Shown one piece after another: positions 30,309 to 39,566 of a stretch of DNA of 57,922 nt (the first letter of the stretch is position 1; the number at the start of each line of letters is the position of its first letter). The translations under genes and the position numbers were made by a program. The stretch comes from an uncultured bacterium (GTDB lineage Bacteria > Abyssobacteria > SURF-5). The DNA lies in NCBI GenBank assembly GCA_964607485.1, contig CAZSKP010000011.1, forward strand, positions 69,727-127,648. Direction: 5' to 3'. Below the pieces are notes generated by a model. The model was not told the origin of the DNA and ran no database searches. It saw nothing but the letters and a program-made list of their open reading frames with translations.

Positions 30309-31719
30309 AATCCACCCTCAGGGCCGCGGTCGACGTTGGTTTGAGCATATACTTTCTGTCCACGGCGTATCCCATCACCCACATTATCCTGCCGTTGGAC
30401 AGGAGCAAAGGAACATGGTCGCGGAGAAATCGGGGCACCTTCTTGTCTATAAAAAAATCTTTCAGCTTTTTCGTGCCGCGCACCCCGAGCGGGCCGAACG
30501 AATCCCCCGGGCGCCTGGCGCGTATCTCGAGCGGAGGCCGCACGGCGTCCGCATCGAAGTACTGGCGGCTGGGGGAGCATAGCCGCACGAGCCGCGAGGG
30601 AGATGAGACGCCGGTTATGAGCTTTGTTTTCACGACAGCGTTCAGCGGGGCAACGACCGTTTTGCCGCCGAGCGAGACGGTGAACGTCTTCCTGGGAAGC
30701 CCGCGCTGTCTCGCGGTCTCCGATACGAGCCCCATGCCGCCGCTGACTTCCAACCGGAGCCTGCCCGGCAGGTCGAGCCTGCCGGCGGCTGCGCAAAGAA
30801 GGGCGTCGGCGTCCCCGAAGTGCGAGGTCTCAAGCATGGGAGCGCCGAGTTTCGCAAGGGAAACCAAAGAGGAAACAATCCTTTTCCTCAGCGCGGGATG
30901 GAGCGAGGCGAGCAGGTCGGCGTGGAAAAGCACCCATCCGGGCCTCGCTTCGATAACCATCTCATTTGTGAGAAGCTTAGCCTCGGTATCGACAAAATCG
31001 CTCTCGACCGCCAGGGCCGATGCGGCCGCCGCAAGCCGCTGTTTGATTCGGGGGTTATATTCCTTCTGGAGTCGGGGGAGAAGCTCCAACCGAATTCTAT
31101 TGCGCAGGTATTCGGTCGATTCGTTCGACAGGTCCTTGCGGAACTTGAGCTTGCGGGACCGCACGTATGCCATGATATCGCTCCGCCACGCATATATCAG
31201 CGGCCGGATGATCTTCGGTCCGCCCGAATCTCCGAGCAGCCTGACTGGAGGGATGCCCGCAAGTCCCTCGGGACCGGAGCCACGAATGAGCCGCATCAGC
31301 ATGGTCTCCGCCTGGTCATCGGCAGTGTGTCCGACGGCGACCTTGTCCGCTCCCAGCGATAGCGACGAACGCAGGAGAAACTCGTAGCGCAGCCTCCGCG
31401 CGGCATCCTCGACGGAGAGCTTCCGCTCTTTGGCGAAAGCCCCGACGTCGGCCGAGCCTGTGACAAAGGCGAGGCCTTTTCGGCGAGCAAGCGTTTCGGC
31501 AAATCTCGCGTCCCGTTCGGCTGCTTCTCCTCGAAGTCTGTGATTGAAGTGAGCCGCGCAGACGGTGAGCGAGTACTTTGCCCGGAGTTCCTCGAGGATG
31601 TCCAGCAGACAGACCGAATCGGGACCGCCGGAAAGCGCCACGAGCACCGTGTCGCCTGTCGTGAGCATCCGGTGCCGCTCGACCGTCTCCTCGACGATTT
31701 TTCTTAAACTTTTTGGCAT
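30259..31719 (-). CDS. tilS: tRNA(Ile)-lysidine synthase
   Basis: SGGPDS, HFNHRLR, GHTADDQAET, RNRIR and a C-terminal KKLKDFFIDKKVP. Confidence 0.95.
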   Translation of the reverse strand: MPKSLRKIVEETVERHRMLTTGDTVLVALSGGPDSVCLLDILEELRAKYSLTVCAAHFNHRLRGEAAERDARFAETLARRKGLAFVTGSADVGAFAKERKLSVEDAARRLRYEFLLRSSLSLGADKVAVGHTADDQAETMLMRLIRGSGPEGLAGIPPVRLLGDSGGPKIIRPLIYAWRSDIMAYVRSRKLKFRKDLSNESTEYLRNRIRLELLPRLQKEYNPRIKQRLAAAASALAVESDFVDTEAKLLTNEMVIEARPGWVLFHADLLASLHPALRKRIVSSLVSLAKLGAPMLETSHFGDADALLCAAAGRLDLPGRLRLEVSGGMGLVSETARQRGLPRKTFTVSLGGKTVVAPLNAVVKTKLITGVSSPSRLVRLCSPSRQYFDADAVRPPLEIRARRPGDSFGPLGVRGTKKLKDFFIDKKVPRFLRDHVPLLLSNGRIMWVMGYAVDRKYMLKPTSTAALRVDYEKRTFGSSPEQEANF

Positions 31720-31725
31720 GAGATT

Positions 31726-31754
31726 AATATATCACACCCCGAAGATTGCATCAA
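31726..31754 (-). promoter_or_regulatory. Putative promoter giving a leaderless tilS transcript
   Basis: TTGATG-N17-TATATT with an extended TG. The -10 ends 6 nt before the ATG and there is no SD sequence. Confidence 0.5.
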
Positions 31755-31878
31755 CAGGCCTGCGCTATGAGATTCTGAGGAGCGAATGGTTGCAGGCCGT
31801 GACGACGAAGAAAGGCATGAATATGGCATCTGCCGAGGGTCTAAAGAAGGATCGCGACACCGGCGCGTCGATTGCTTG

Positions 31879-32154
31879 TCAGTTCTTGCCCCACTTTCCC
31901 TTCGCCTTCTTCCAGCCTTTTATTGCGAAGGTGACTCGTTTGACGCCCTTGGTTCGGAGCATGACCGATTCAAGCACTCCCAGCAGCTTGGCGACGTCGA
32001 GATCGCTCATTTCACGGCCCGAAAGCTTTCTCGGCTCGCCTCGAACTATCACCGCTCCCGAGGATGTGCTCACACCGAGCAGCGAGAGGTCCAGGTTGTG
32101 TTCCACGAGTATTTTGCGCATTTTCGAGTTTATCTTCAGGTCGTCTTCGGACAT
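31879..32154 (-). CDS. Small basic hypothetical protein, BON-domain-like
   Basis: GAGGGAG RBS. Pattern D.I...L...V..G.V..G....GV..V. No signal peptide. Confidence 0.65.
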   Translation of the reverse strand: MSEDDLKINSKMRKILVEHNLDLSLLGVSTSSGAVIVRGEPRKLSGREMSDLDVAKLLGVLESVMLRTKGVKRVTFAIKGWKKAKGKWGKN

Positions 32155-32274
32155 ATGTCTGCCCGCTCCCTCGCAAAAAGGGTGAAGAATGCAGGACCGT
32201 TTCGATTACAATGTACCACCCACGACCGCTCAGAGTCAAGGAAGTTGCGGCGGGAAACTCACCGTTTCGGGCGC

Positions 32275-32303
32275 TTGAGAAGCGGGTCCTATTTTGTTAT
32301 ACT
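32275..32303 (+). promoter_or_regulatory. Putative sigma70 promoter of the ATP-grasp operon
   Basis: TTGAGA-N17-TATACT. Confidence 0.55.
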
Positions 32304-32372
32304 TCCTCAGGTTTTTCGGCTTCAAACAGTGCGAGGGAGAATGTGAGCACCCGAATTCGCTGCGAATTCCGC

Positions 32373-33734
32373 ATGCAGGAGGAAATCAGGGCCCTGTATC
32401 AGGACCTCGACACCCTCATCCGCGAAAACCGGGAACGCATCGGAGCCGACGCGGAACAATTCAAACTCGAGGCCGTGCAGAGCCATGTCAAGTACGACGG
32501 CCGCGCTCTCTTGATAGCGTTCTACCCGTTCATCCTGTCCGAGGCGCAGGTACGCCACATCTCGGAGGCGGTCGAAGCGATGCTCCGCCTGATGGAGAAA
32601 ACGACGCGGCTGTTTCTTGAGGAACCTGCCGTAAGAAAGGTTTTCGGCTTCAAACCGGAACAGATGGAGCTGATCGAGGTGGATCCCGGCTACGAGCCCG
32701 CGATTCCATTCGCGAGACTCGATTCGTTCTTCGACGGCCGGAGCCTGCGGTTCTCCGAAATCAACACCGACGGGACGTCGGGAATGGACGGCGCCGAGAA
32801 GGTGGCGAAACTTTTCCTGGCCGCGCCGACAATGCGCGAGTTCTTCGCCGCTTGTCCGGTCGGAGCGTTCGACATAAACCATTGCATACTGCAAACGCTG
32901 TTGCGCTGCCACGGGCAATTCGTCGGAGGGAGAGCCGCCGGGCCGCCTCGCATAGCGATCGTCGACTGGAAAGAGGTCCGTACGTCCGAGGAATTCGTGG
33001 CCTTTGCGGAGTTCTGTCGAGGGCAGGGACTCGAGGCGGTCGTGGCCGACCCGCGAGAGCTTGATTATGACGGCCATGCCTTATCGCATCGCGGCCTGAA
33101 GATTGACATAATTTATCGAAGGGTCGTTTCGCGCGAATATGTCGAGCGGCTCAAAGAAGTGAAGGCGATGACGCAGGCCTTCAAGGACCACAACGTTTGT
33201 GTGGTGGGCTCGTTCAGGTCGGACGTCGCTTTCAACAAGAAGATCTTCGGGGTCTTGCACAATCCCGAGTTCGCCCGTTTCTTCACGGAAGAGGAACGGG
33301 CGCTCGTGGAAAGACACGTGCCCTGGACGAGGGCGTTTGATGGCTCGGAGTGCGAATACCGGGGCCGGACCATAAATATGCTCGACCTCGCCAAGGGCGA
33401 GAAGGACAGGTTCGTGCTGAAACCCTCGGACCTGTATGAGGGTAGGAACGTGAAGCTGGGCGCGCAGACAAGCCCCGAGGAGTGGGAGAAGGTGGCACAC
33501 GCGGCACTCAAGAACGATTACGTGCTGCAAGAACTTATCCCGATCCCGACGATGCCCATCGGGGTGTGGAACGATGAGAACGGTGAGGTCGAACTGGAGA
33601 CGCGGCTGATTCACCTCGGCGAATACGTGTTCGACGGAAGCTTCTGCGGATTCTATTGCCGCGCCGCCGATGTTCCGATAATAAACGCCTCGAGCAAGGA
33701 ACTGTTGGTTCCGTGTTTAGTCCTGAAGAGTTGA
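32373..33734 (+). CDS. Circularly permuted ATP-grasp ligase (glutathionylspermidine synthase / glutathione synthetase-like)
   Basis: RLD..EIN, IYRR, NKK, PWTR, VLKP...G..V and QE motifs. An alternative in-frame GTG start lies at 32343. Confidence 0.8.
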   Translation: MQEEIRALYQDLDTLIRENRERIGADAEQFKLEAVQSHVKYDGRALLIAFYPFILSEAQVRHISEAVEAMLRLMEKTTRLFLEEPAVRKVFGFKPEQMELIEVDPGYEPAIPFARLDSFFDGRSLRFSEINTDGTSGMDGAEKVAKLFLAAPTMREFFAACPVGAFDINHCILQTLLRCHGQFVGGRAAGPPRIAIVDWKEVRTSEEFVAFAEFCRGQGLEAVVADPRELDYDGHALSHRGLKIDIIYRRVVSREYVERLKEVKAMTQAFKDHNVCVVGSFRSDVAFNKKIFGVLHNPEFARFFTEEERALVERHVPWTRAFDGSECEYRGRTINMLDLAKGEKDRFVLKPSDLYEGRNVKLGAQTSPEEWEKVAHAALKNDYVLQELIPIPTMPIGVWNDENGEVELETRLIHLGEYVFDGSFCGFYCRAADVPIINASSKELLVPCLVLKS

Positions 33735-33745
33735 GGAAACGGTCG

Positions 33746-34594
33746 ATGCCACAGAAGAAGCAGACGGAACGGTCGAAACCTAAGGTGATTGACGCGCACC
33801 TGCACATAAATTTCAAGCGGCCCTACTCGAGGCAGCTGGCGAAGAAAATCGGGCTCAGCTACACGCCGGCGGGCCTGCTCAAAGACATGAAGGAAAACAA
33901 CGTGGTGCGCGCACTCATCATGAGTGTTCCCGGCCAGGTCGAGGACGCGAAGAAATTTGCCAAGAAATATCCCAACCGCTTCTGGGTCGCCGGCTCGGCC
34001 GACCCGAAGAACCTCACGGATAAACACCTCGCCGCGCTCGAGGCCGACATGGCCGAGGGCGAGATACGGGCGATAAAACTCTACACCGGCTACCAGCACT
34101 ACTATCCCGACGACGAGGACTGTGTGCCCATCTACCGGCTCGCGATGAAATACAACACGCCTATCATCTTCCACACGGGCGACTGTGTGAGCACGATGGC
34201 GCGGCTTCGGTTTTCGCATCCGCTCAACATCGACGACCTCGCCTTCCGTTTCCCCGACCTGAAGATCGTGATGGCGCATATGGGGAACCCCTGGCTCTGG
34301 GACGCGGCCGAGGTCATATACAAGAACGAGAACGTCTATGCCGACCTGTCGGGTCTCATCACGGGCCTGCCCGAGGCGTACAGAGAGGAATACAGGGAAT
34401 GGATGCTGGGCGAGCTGGGAAGCGCCGTCTATTACTGCGGCGCTGACAACCTGTTGTTCGGAACCGACTACTGCCTCGTGTCGCACAGCGACTCCCTGAA
34501 TTTCTTCTCACGGTTGAAAATCAAGAAGAACGACTTGCAGAAAGTTCTTTACAAGAATGCGCTGAAACTATTCGGAAGGGACGAAAAGCTGTAG
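33746..34594 (+). CDS. Amidohydrolase family protein (Amidohydro_2)
   Basis: IDAHLH, IKLY, FHTG, MAHMG, ADLSG and FGTDY. Confidence 0.88.
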   Translation: MPQKKQTERSKPKVIDAHLHINFKRPYSRQLAKKIGLSYTPAGLLKDMKENNVVRALIMSVPGQVEDAKKFAKKYPNRFWVAGSADPKNLTDKHLAALEADMAEGEIRAIKLYTGYQHYYPDDEDCVPIYRLAMKYNTPIIFHTGDCVSTMARLRFSHPLNIDDLAFRFPDLKIVMAHMGNPWLWDAAEVIYKNENVYADLSGLITGLPEAYREEYREWMLGELGSAVYYCGADNLLFGTDYCLVSHSDSLNFFSRLKIKKNDLQKVLYKNALKLFGRDEKL

Positions 34595-34644
34595 CGGCGA
34601 ATTGTTTTCGCGCTCTGGTCTTTGAAACGGAAGGAAGAAAAACC

Positions 34645-35271
34645 ATGCTCTTCACACAGATTCCGACAGGGATAATGGGGAATTTCAGTTATGTGTTCGG
34701 CTGCGAGAAGACCAAGCGGGCCGCCGTCGTTGACCCGCCGTCCGACATGTCGGAAGTTCTCTCGTTTGCCGAGGAGAACGGGCTCACGGTCGAGCTGATA
34801 TTCGCCACGCACAGCCATTCCGACCACACGGCCGGCATCAAGGCGCTCGCCCAAAGGACCGGCGCAAAGGTGGTCGTCCACAAAGGTGACGCCCCCAGTC
34901 TGCAGCGAGGACGTATCCCGACCGACAAGGTGGTCGAGGACGGAGAGAAGCTCCGACTGGGCGAGATCGAGGTCGAGGTGATTCACACGCCCGGCCACAC
35001 GCCCGGCAGCATGTGTCTGCTGGCTGACGGCAAGCTGATGACGGGCGACACGCTCTTCGTCGGCAATTGCGGCCGCACCGACCTCTCCGGCGGCAGCACG
35101 CGGCAGATGTTCGAGAGCCTGCACAACAAGCTCAAGGCGTTGCCCGACAACGTCGAGGTGTATCCGGGGCACGATTACGGCGACCGGCCATCCTCGACCA
35201 TCGCGCGCGAAAAGAAGACGAACCCCACCATGTCGTGCAAGACGTTCGAAGAGTTCGAGATGATTCCCTGA
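34645..35271 (+). CDS. MBL-fold metallo-hydrolase, glyoxalase II-like
   Basis: THSHSDH, HTPGHTPG, TGDTLF, GRTD and YPGHDY. Confidence 0.9.
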   Translation: MLFTQIPTGIMGNFSYVFGCEKTKRAAVVDPPSDMSEVLSFAEENGLTVELIFATHSHSDHTAGIKALAQRTGAKVVVHKGDAPSLQRGRIPTDKVVEDGEKLRLGEIEVEVIHTPGHTPGSMCLLADGKLMTGDTLFVGNCGRTDLSGGSTRQMFESLHNKLKALPDNVEVYPGHDYGDRPSSTIAREKKTNPTMSCKTFEEFEMIP

Positions 35272-35396
35272 AAAGAATGGAGGACGGAAACGAATGACCT
35301 GACATCCGAATTGTGCCGATTCGCCGGCATCTGCGAGGTTTTCTTCCCCCCACGACTTTCCTTCAGCCGCGGAACTGGAGAGACTGGTCTAAATCC

Positions 35397-35425
35397 TTGA
35401 CATAACCGAAGCTCGGCGTTATAAT
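35397..35425 (+). promoter_or_regulatory. Consensus sigma70 promoter
   Basis: TTGACA-N17-TATAAT. Confidence 0.75.
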
Positions 35426-35500
35426 TACGCTGGCTGTAGGCGCACGCAAGGATTCCGCATGGTTCAGACGAAAAAGATGTCGCCTGAGATAAGGAACGGT

Positions 35501-36328
35501 ATGAAACTGACCGAGTACATAACGAAAGACTGCATAATATCGAACCTCAAGAGCCACGACAAGATACACGCCATAAAAGAGCTCACCCGCCTCCTGCAAA
35601 AGAGGGAAAGGATAAACGACATGGACGGCGTGCTGGAACGCGTGCTGGAACGCGAAAGCTTCGACAGCACGGGCATCGGCTCGGGCATCGCCGTGCCCCA
35701 CGCCCGCGTCAACACGCTCGACGGCCTCGTGTGCGCGATAGGCCGCAAGCGCGAGGGCATGGAATATCGCTCCATCGACGGCAAGCCCGTCCACCTGATT
35801 TTCCTGATTGTGTATCCGCCCTCCGATTCCCACAAGTACCTCTACTTTATCTCGTCGCTGTCCCGGCTTGTCCTGGATGAGAACCTCGTCGAACGCCTGA
35901 TGGAATCGGCCAGCTCGACGAGCATGTACAAAGTGCTCGACCGAGCGAGCGAGACGCTGGTGGCCTCGGAGGCCTTCGCCCCCGCCGGGCCGAAGGCGGC
36001 GCCGGAGGCAAAGGTCATGAGGGGGACGAATGCGGACCTGATGCTCCTGATACGGCTGATGAGACTCGAGAATCTTCGCAGAGCCGACAAGGGACAAGCC
36101 AAGGCATTGGACGAGAAAATACAGCAGGTGCGCTCATGCATCTCCCCCCGCGTGCTCGCTCACTACGACCGCCTCAAGGCGAGAGTCAGCCAGCCCGTGG
36201 TGGCCGTGGAGGAGGAAATCTGCCTCGGCTGCAACCTTCAGCTGTCGTCCTCGTTCGCGCAGGAGCTGCGCGACTCGCACAACGTCACAACCTGCCCCAA
36301 CTGCACCCGCTTCCTTTACGTAGTCTGA
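35501..36328 (+). CDS. PTS EIIA (Ntr/Fru-type) domain fused to a C4 zinc-ribbon domain
   Basis: ERE..STGIGSGIAVPHAR (phospho-His), then YDRLK..CLGC..CPNCTRFLY. An alternative ATG lies at 35459. Confidence 0.85.
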   Translation: MKLTEYITKDCIISNLKSHDKIHAIKELTRLLQKRERINDMDGVLERVLERESFDSTGIGSGIAVPHARVNTLDGLVCAIGRKREGMEYRSIDGKPVHLIFLIVYPPSDSHKYLYFISSLSRLVLDENLVERLMESASSTSMYKVLDRASETLVASEAFAPAGPKAAPEAKVMRGTNADLMLLIRLMRLENLRRADKGQAKALDEKIQQVRSCISPRVLAHYDRLKARVSQPVVAVEEEICLGCNLQLSSSFAQELRDSHNVTTCPNCTRFLYVV

Positions 36329-36339
36329 GCATGTTATCA

Positions 36340-36357
36340 GGGCCAGACCCTTTTTCA
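36340..36357 (+). repeat. REP-like GGGCCAGACCC motif at the left edge of the LRR insert
   Basis: AGGGCCAGACCCTTTTTC, similar to the reverse complement of 14901-14926. Confidence 0.4.
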
Positions 36358-36479
36358 TAAGACTTAGCCGAAACAGGCATAGCCTCCATCATCATGCTAC
36401 TGTGTGCAAAAGAGCTATGCTGGAAGAGCAATTGCCAACCGATACTAGACACAAGAACATTCCGGCGGGTGGAGATGAA

Positions 36480-38414
36480 ATGAAAAGGAGGGCGAGCATT
36501 CTAGCAATCTCGGTTCCCGCAATACTGATCTTCTTATTTTCATCGATGTGTCCAGTTTTCGGTGAGATTGAGGCAAGAACTGCGGAAGATCCCGAAGTCC
36601 CCACAAGTGCTCATATGGTCTTCATCAACTTCCGAGAGGGCAGGACGACACAGGCTTTTGAGTTTTACTTCGACCGGGACAGCATGCAATACAGGGAGGA
36701 TACTTATCAGCTAAAAGAAGGTCTCTTGACTGAGGCAGAACTTGAGCATGCTGACATGAAACTATGGGAAGATATTAAGAAAAGAATTCTGCCAGAATGT
36801 GTCCAGATTTTTGGCACCGATCACAGTTATCAGATCTCTGTCAGCGAAGTCGACCCTGCCTCACTCGAATCAGACGTTGAGAAAAATTGCGATGACGGAA
36901 TCTCCGAAAGAAGCGTTTCACGTGCCTGTTTCATATACATATCACCTAAGAAACCCGTTGAAACCAATGATGAGTGGAAGGCATTTTTTGCTCCCAAATC
37001 ATTACGTGCCCATAAGCCGATCGAGGTCAATTACAGAAACGAATCCACCGGCGAATATCGTTTGTATGAGGACCTATACGCGGAGTACTACGATCTGGCC
37101 TTACCAGGCGCTCCTCCCGGACATCGCGATGGGAGTCTGACAAAGATTTGGTATGAACCTGTATACTCGGTCCCGGTAAAGAGGATGGAATTTGGTACGA
37201 GGCCCGATTCATCGAGCTATTTGGATTCGGTGTTTCTAGCGGAGTATGGTTTCACGCCTTCGAGTGATTTGTTCGATCCCGAGTTCACCCCCTTTTCCGG
37301 ACAGGGATTACCGGTGGAAACGGTGGTCGTTCCGGATCGCTCCGGGGACATGGGCTTCCCATCAAGCGAGTCGACTTTGACAACGGAAACTGATTCCGCT
37401 CGCACTCTTCGTTTCCCGAAAGATCACAGCATGGGCTTGCTTTATGTGAGCCTGCCGAGCTCCAAAGGCGCCGTCAATTGGGAGTATCTTTGTGAGGCTC
37501 GTGGCGATGTATTCCTGCCTGCCGGGAAAGAACTAAAGCTTGCTGTGAGTCTCGAGCGCTCGATGGACCTTTCCCCACTCGCGGCCCTTGGGCCGGACGA
37601 CCTCCTGGAGCTGGACCTAGGAAATACCCGCGTCAGCGACGCCGGCTTGACCTATCTCACCGGCCTCACTTCGCTCTTGTCGCTTGATCTCAGCAGCACG
37701 GAAATCACCGATGCCGGACTTGCACACCTTGAGGCGCTTTCATCGCTTCGGAGGTTAACTCTTAGAAATGACTCGATAACAGATGCGGGGTTGATTCACC
37801 TTGCAAAGCTCACTTCGCTTCAGGTGCTGGACCTCACGAATACCCGGATCACTGACGAAGGGCTGACCTATCTCACGAAACTGCCGTCACTCACGGTGCT
37901 GGACGTGTCCGACACCCCTGTCACAGATGAAGGATTAGCCTGCCTTAGGGGGCTGAGTTCTCTCAAGGAATTGGATATCAGCAACACTCAGATAAGTGAT
38001 GCAGGACTAGCCTACCTCAAGGATTTTGTTATGCTTGAAAACCTGCAAGTTCGGCATACCGGGATCAGCGACAGGGGACTGGAGCACTTACGAGAACTGG
38101 CCTCGCTCCAGACTTTGGATGTCTCGTATACACAAATCAGCGACAGGGGACTGAAATACATTGGGCAACTACGCACACTCCAACGCTTGTATCTTTCTGA
38201 TACAAATATCACAGACCAGGGGATGGTATATCTCAAGGATCTCGGCTCCCTCGAAATCATAGAACTTCGGAAAACGCAAATCAGCGATGCAGGATTAACC
38301 AACCTCGGGAAACTGACCTCACTACAATTATTAGGCCTTGAACAGACCGAGGTCAGCCAGGCCGGCGTAGCAGAGCTGAAGCAAGTATTGCAAGGTTGTA
38401 GAATTTCCCGATAG
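36480..38414 (+). CDS. Secreted leucine-rich repeat protein
   Basis: Signal-like N-terminus (MKRRASILAI...) and 11 tandem 24-aa repeats LxxLxLxxTxITDxGLxxL. Lower GC. Confidence 0.88.
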   Translation: MKRRASILAISVPAILIFLFSSMCPVFGEIEARTAEDPEVPTSAHMVFINFREGRTTQAFEFYFDRDSMQYREDTYQLKEGLLTEAELEHADMKLWEDIKKRILPECVQIFGTDHSYQISVSEVDPASLESDVEKNCDDGISERSVSRACFIYISPKKPVETNDEWKAFFAPKSLRAHKPIEVNYRNESTGEYRLYEDLYAEYYDLALPGAPPGHRDGSLTKIWYEPVYSVPVKRMEFGTRPDSSSYLDSVFLAEYGFTPSSDLFDPEFTPFSGQGLPVETVVVPDRSGDMGFPSSESTLTTETDSARTLRFPKDHSMGLLYVSLPSSKGAVNWEYLCEARGDVFLPAGKELKLAVSLERSMDLSPLAALGPDDLLELDLGNTRVSDAGLTYLTGLTSLLSLDLSSTEITDAGLAHLEALSSLRRLTLRNDSITDAGLIHLAKLTSLQVLDLTNTRITDEGLTYLTKLPSLTVLDVSDTPVTDEGLACLRGLSSLKELDISNTQISDAGLAYLKDFVMLENLQVRHTGISDRGLEHLRELASLQTLDVSYTQISDRGLKYIGQLRTLQRLYLSDTNITDQGMVYLKDLGSLEIIELRKTQISDAGLTNLGKLTSLQLLGLEQTEVSQAGVAELKQVLQGCRISR

Positions 38415-38544
38415 GAATTGGATAAATCGGAACAGCGCTTGTTTTTCTCGTAGTGACTTACTGCAAATTTGAGACTCATGACACGGCGTCGGCGCGAGAC
38501 CTGTATAACAGAATAGTGTCTGCTCCTGCATCATGACATTTTCC

Positions 38545-38659
38545 ACCGCGAAGGTGCGAAGGTCGCAAAGTGGAAAGATAAGTTGGGCCGCAGAGAATGC
38601 GGAGAACACAGAGATCTTAAGAGAAGATTTTTCTCTGTGAACTCTGTGCCCTCTGTGGC
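38545..38659. repeat. 9-nt-periodic REP-like elements: a half-arm plus an inverted-repeat pair
   Basis: ACCGCGAAGGTGCGAAGGTCGCAAAG (38545-38570), and arms GCCGCAGAGAATGCGGAGAACACAGAG (38587-38613) / CTCTGTGAACTCTGTGCCCTCTGTGGC (38633-38659). Confidence 0.65.
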
Positions 38660-38677
38660 AGCTATGCCTTTTTAGGA

Positions 38678-39514
38678 TCACTGGTGCGGGTGGGTGTGGT
38701 CGTCCTCGTGGTGGCGATGAAAGTGCGGGTGGCCGTGGCGCAGGCGCTCGTGAAAGTGGCCGTGCTCGTGGATGAGGTTGTTTCGCGCGAGAAACTGCTG
38801 GTCGGTGAGTATTTCGGCGGGAGCGCCCTCCCTCACAACAGTCCTGCTCTCGCCCAGGACTATCACCCGGTCGGCCACCTCTTCGACTAGATGCATGTCG
38901 TGCGTGGCCACAAGCATCGTTTTGCCCTCGTCTTTCAAGCGGAAGAGGATGTCCATCAACTGCGTGGCGCTCCTCGGGTCGAGGCCGGCGGTGGGTTCGT
39001 CGAGCAGCAGGATGGGCGGTTCCATGGCCAGCGCGGTCGCCAGCGCAACCTTCTTCTTCTCGCCCTGACTCAGATGCTGCGGTACCCTGTGCTTGAAGTC
39101 GGCCATGTTCAACTCGGCCAGCACCTCATCGGCGCGGGCCAGCGCATCCGTTTTGGAAAGCCCGAGGTTGAGCGGCCCGAACAGGACGTCGTCGAGAACG
39201 CTCGTCGAGAACAACTGGTGCTCCGGATTCTGAAACACGAAGCCGATCTGGCGCCGGACGGAGAGCACGCTTTCGGGATCGACCTCGACGCCTCGCACCC
39301 ATGTCCCGCCGCGCCCCCTCAAGATTCCGACGATGCACAGGAGCAGGGTGGACTTGCCCGTGCCGTTGGCGCCTATCAGCGCGACGCACTCGGCGGGCTG
39401 CACCTTGAAGGAAACGCCCGCGAGCGCGACGCGCCCATCAGGATAGCGAAACGCAAGGTCGGCGACCTCGATCGCCGGACCGTCGGCTCTTGGCTGTTCT
39501 CCACTCGAATTCAT
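38678..39514 (-). CDS. ECF-transporter ATPase (CbiO/NikO-like) with a His-rich C-terminal tail
   Basis: GANGTGKST, FQNPEHQLF, LSQGEKK, LDEPTAGLDP and ATHD. Confidence 0.88.
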   Translation of the reverse strand: MNSSGEQPRADGPAIEVADLAFRYPDGRVALAGVSFKVQPAECVALIGANGTGKSTLLLCIVGILRGRGGTWVRGVEVDPESVLSVRRQIGFVFQNPEHQLFSTSVLDDVLFGPLNLGLSKTDALARADEVLAELNMADFKHRVPQHLSQGEKKKVALATALAMEPPILLLDEPTAGLDPRSATQLMDILFRLKDEGKTMLVATHDMHLVEEVADRVIVLGESRTVVREGAPAEILTDQQFLARNNLIHEHGHFHERLRHGHPHFHRHHEDDHTHPHQ

Positions 39515-39566
39515 ATTGCAGGGATTCTTGCGCTCATGCCGGCGCGACGCTCGCCGAGCGACCCAC

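Noticed and set aside
32064..32372. N-terminal extensions in the ORF track (ATP-grasp from 32064; also nadB 9893, LRR 36402, kinase 48902, endonuclease 9812)
   Set aside because: They overlap predicted promoters or neighbouring genes, or lack an RBS. Downstream starts fit better.
35279..35302. GGAGG followed by ATG-ACC-TGA, a two-codon mini-ORF after the MBL gene
   Set aside because: Could be a deleted-gene scar, but cannot be told from chance.
36375..38669. 9-bp inverted repeats AGGCATAGC / GCTATGCCT flanking the LRR gene as transposon ends
   Set aside because: Too short to exceed chance across these intergenic regions. No transposase or target-site duplication seen.
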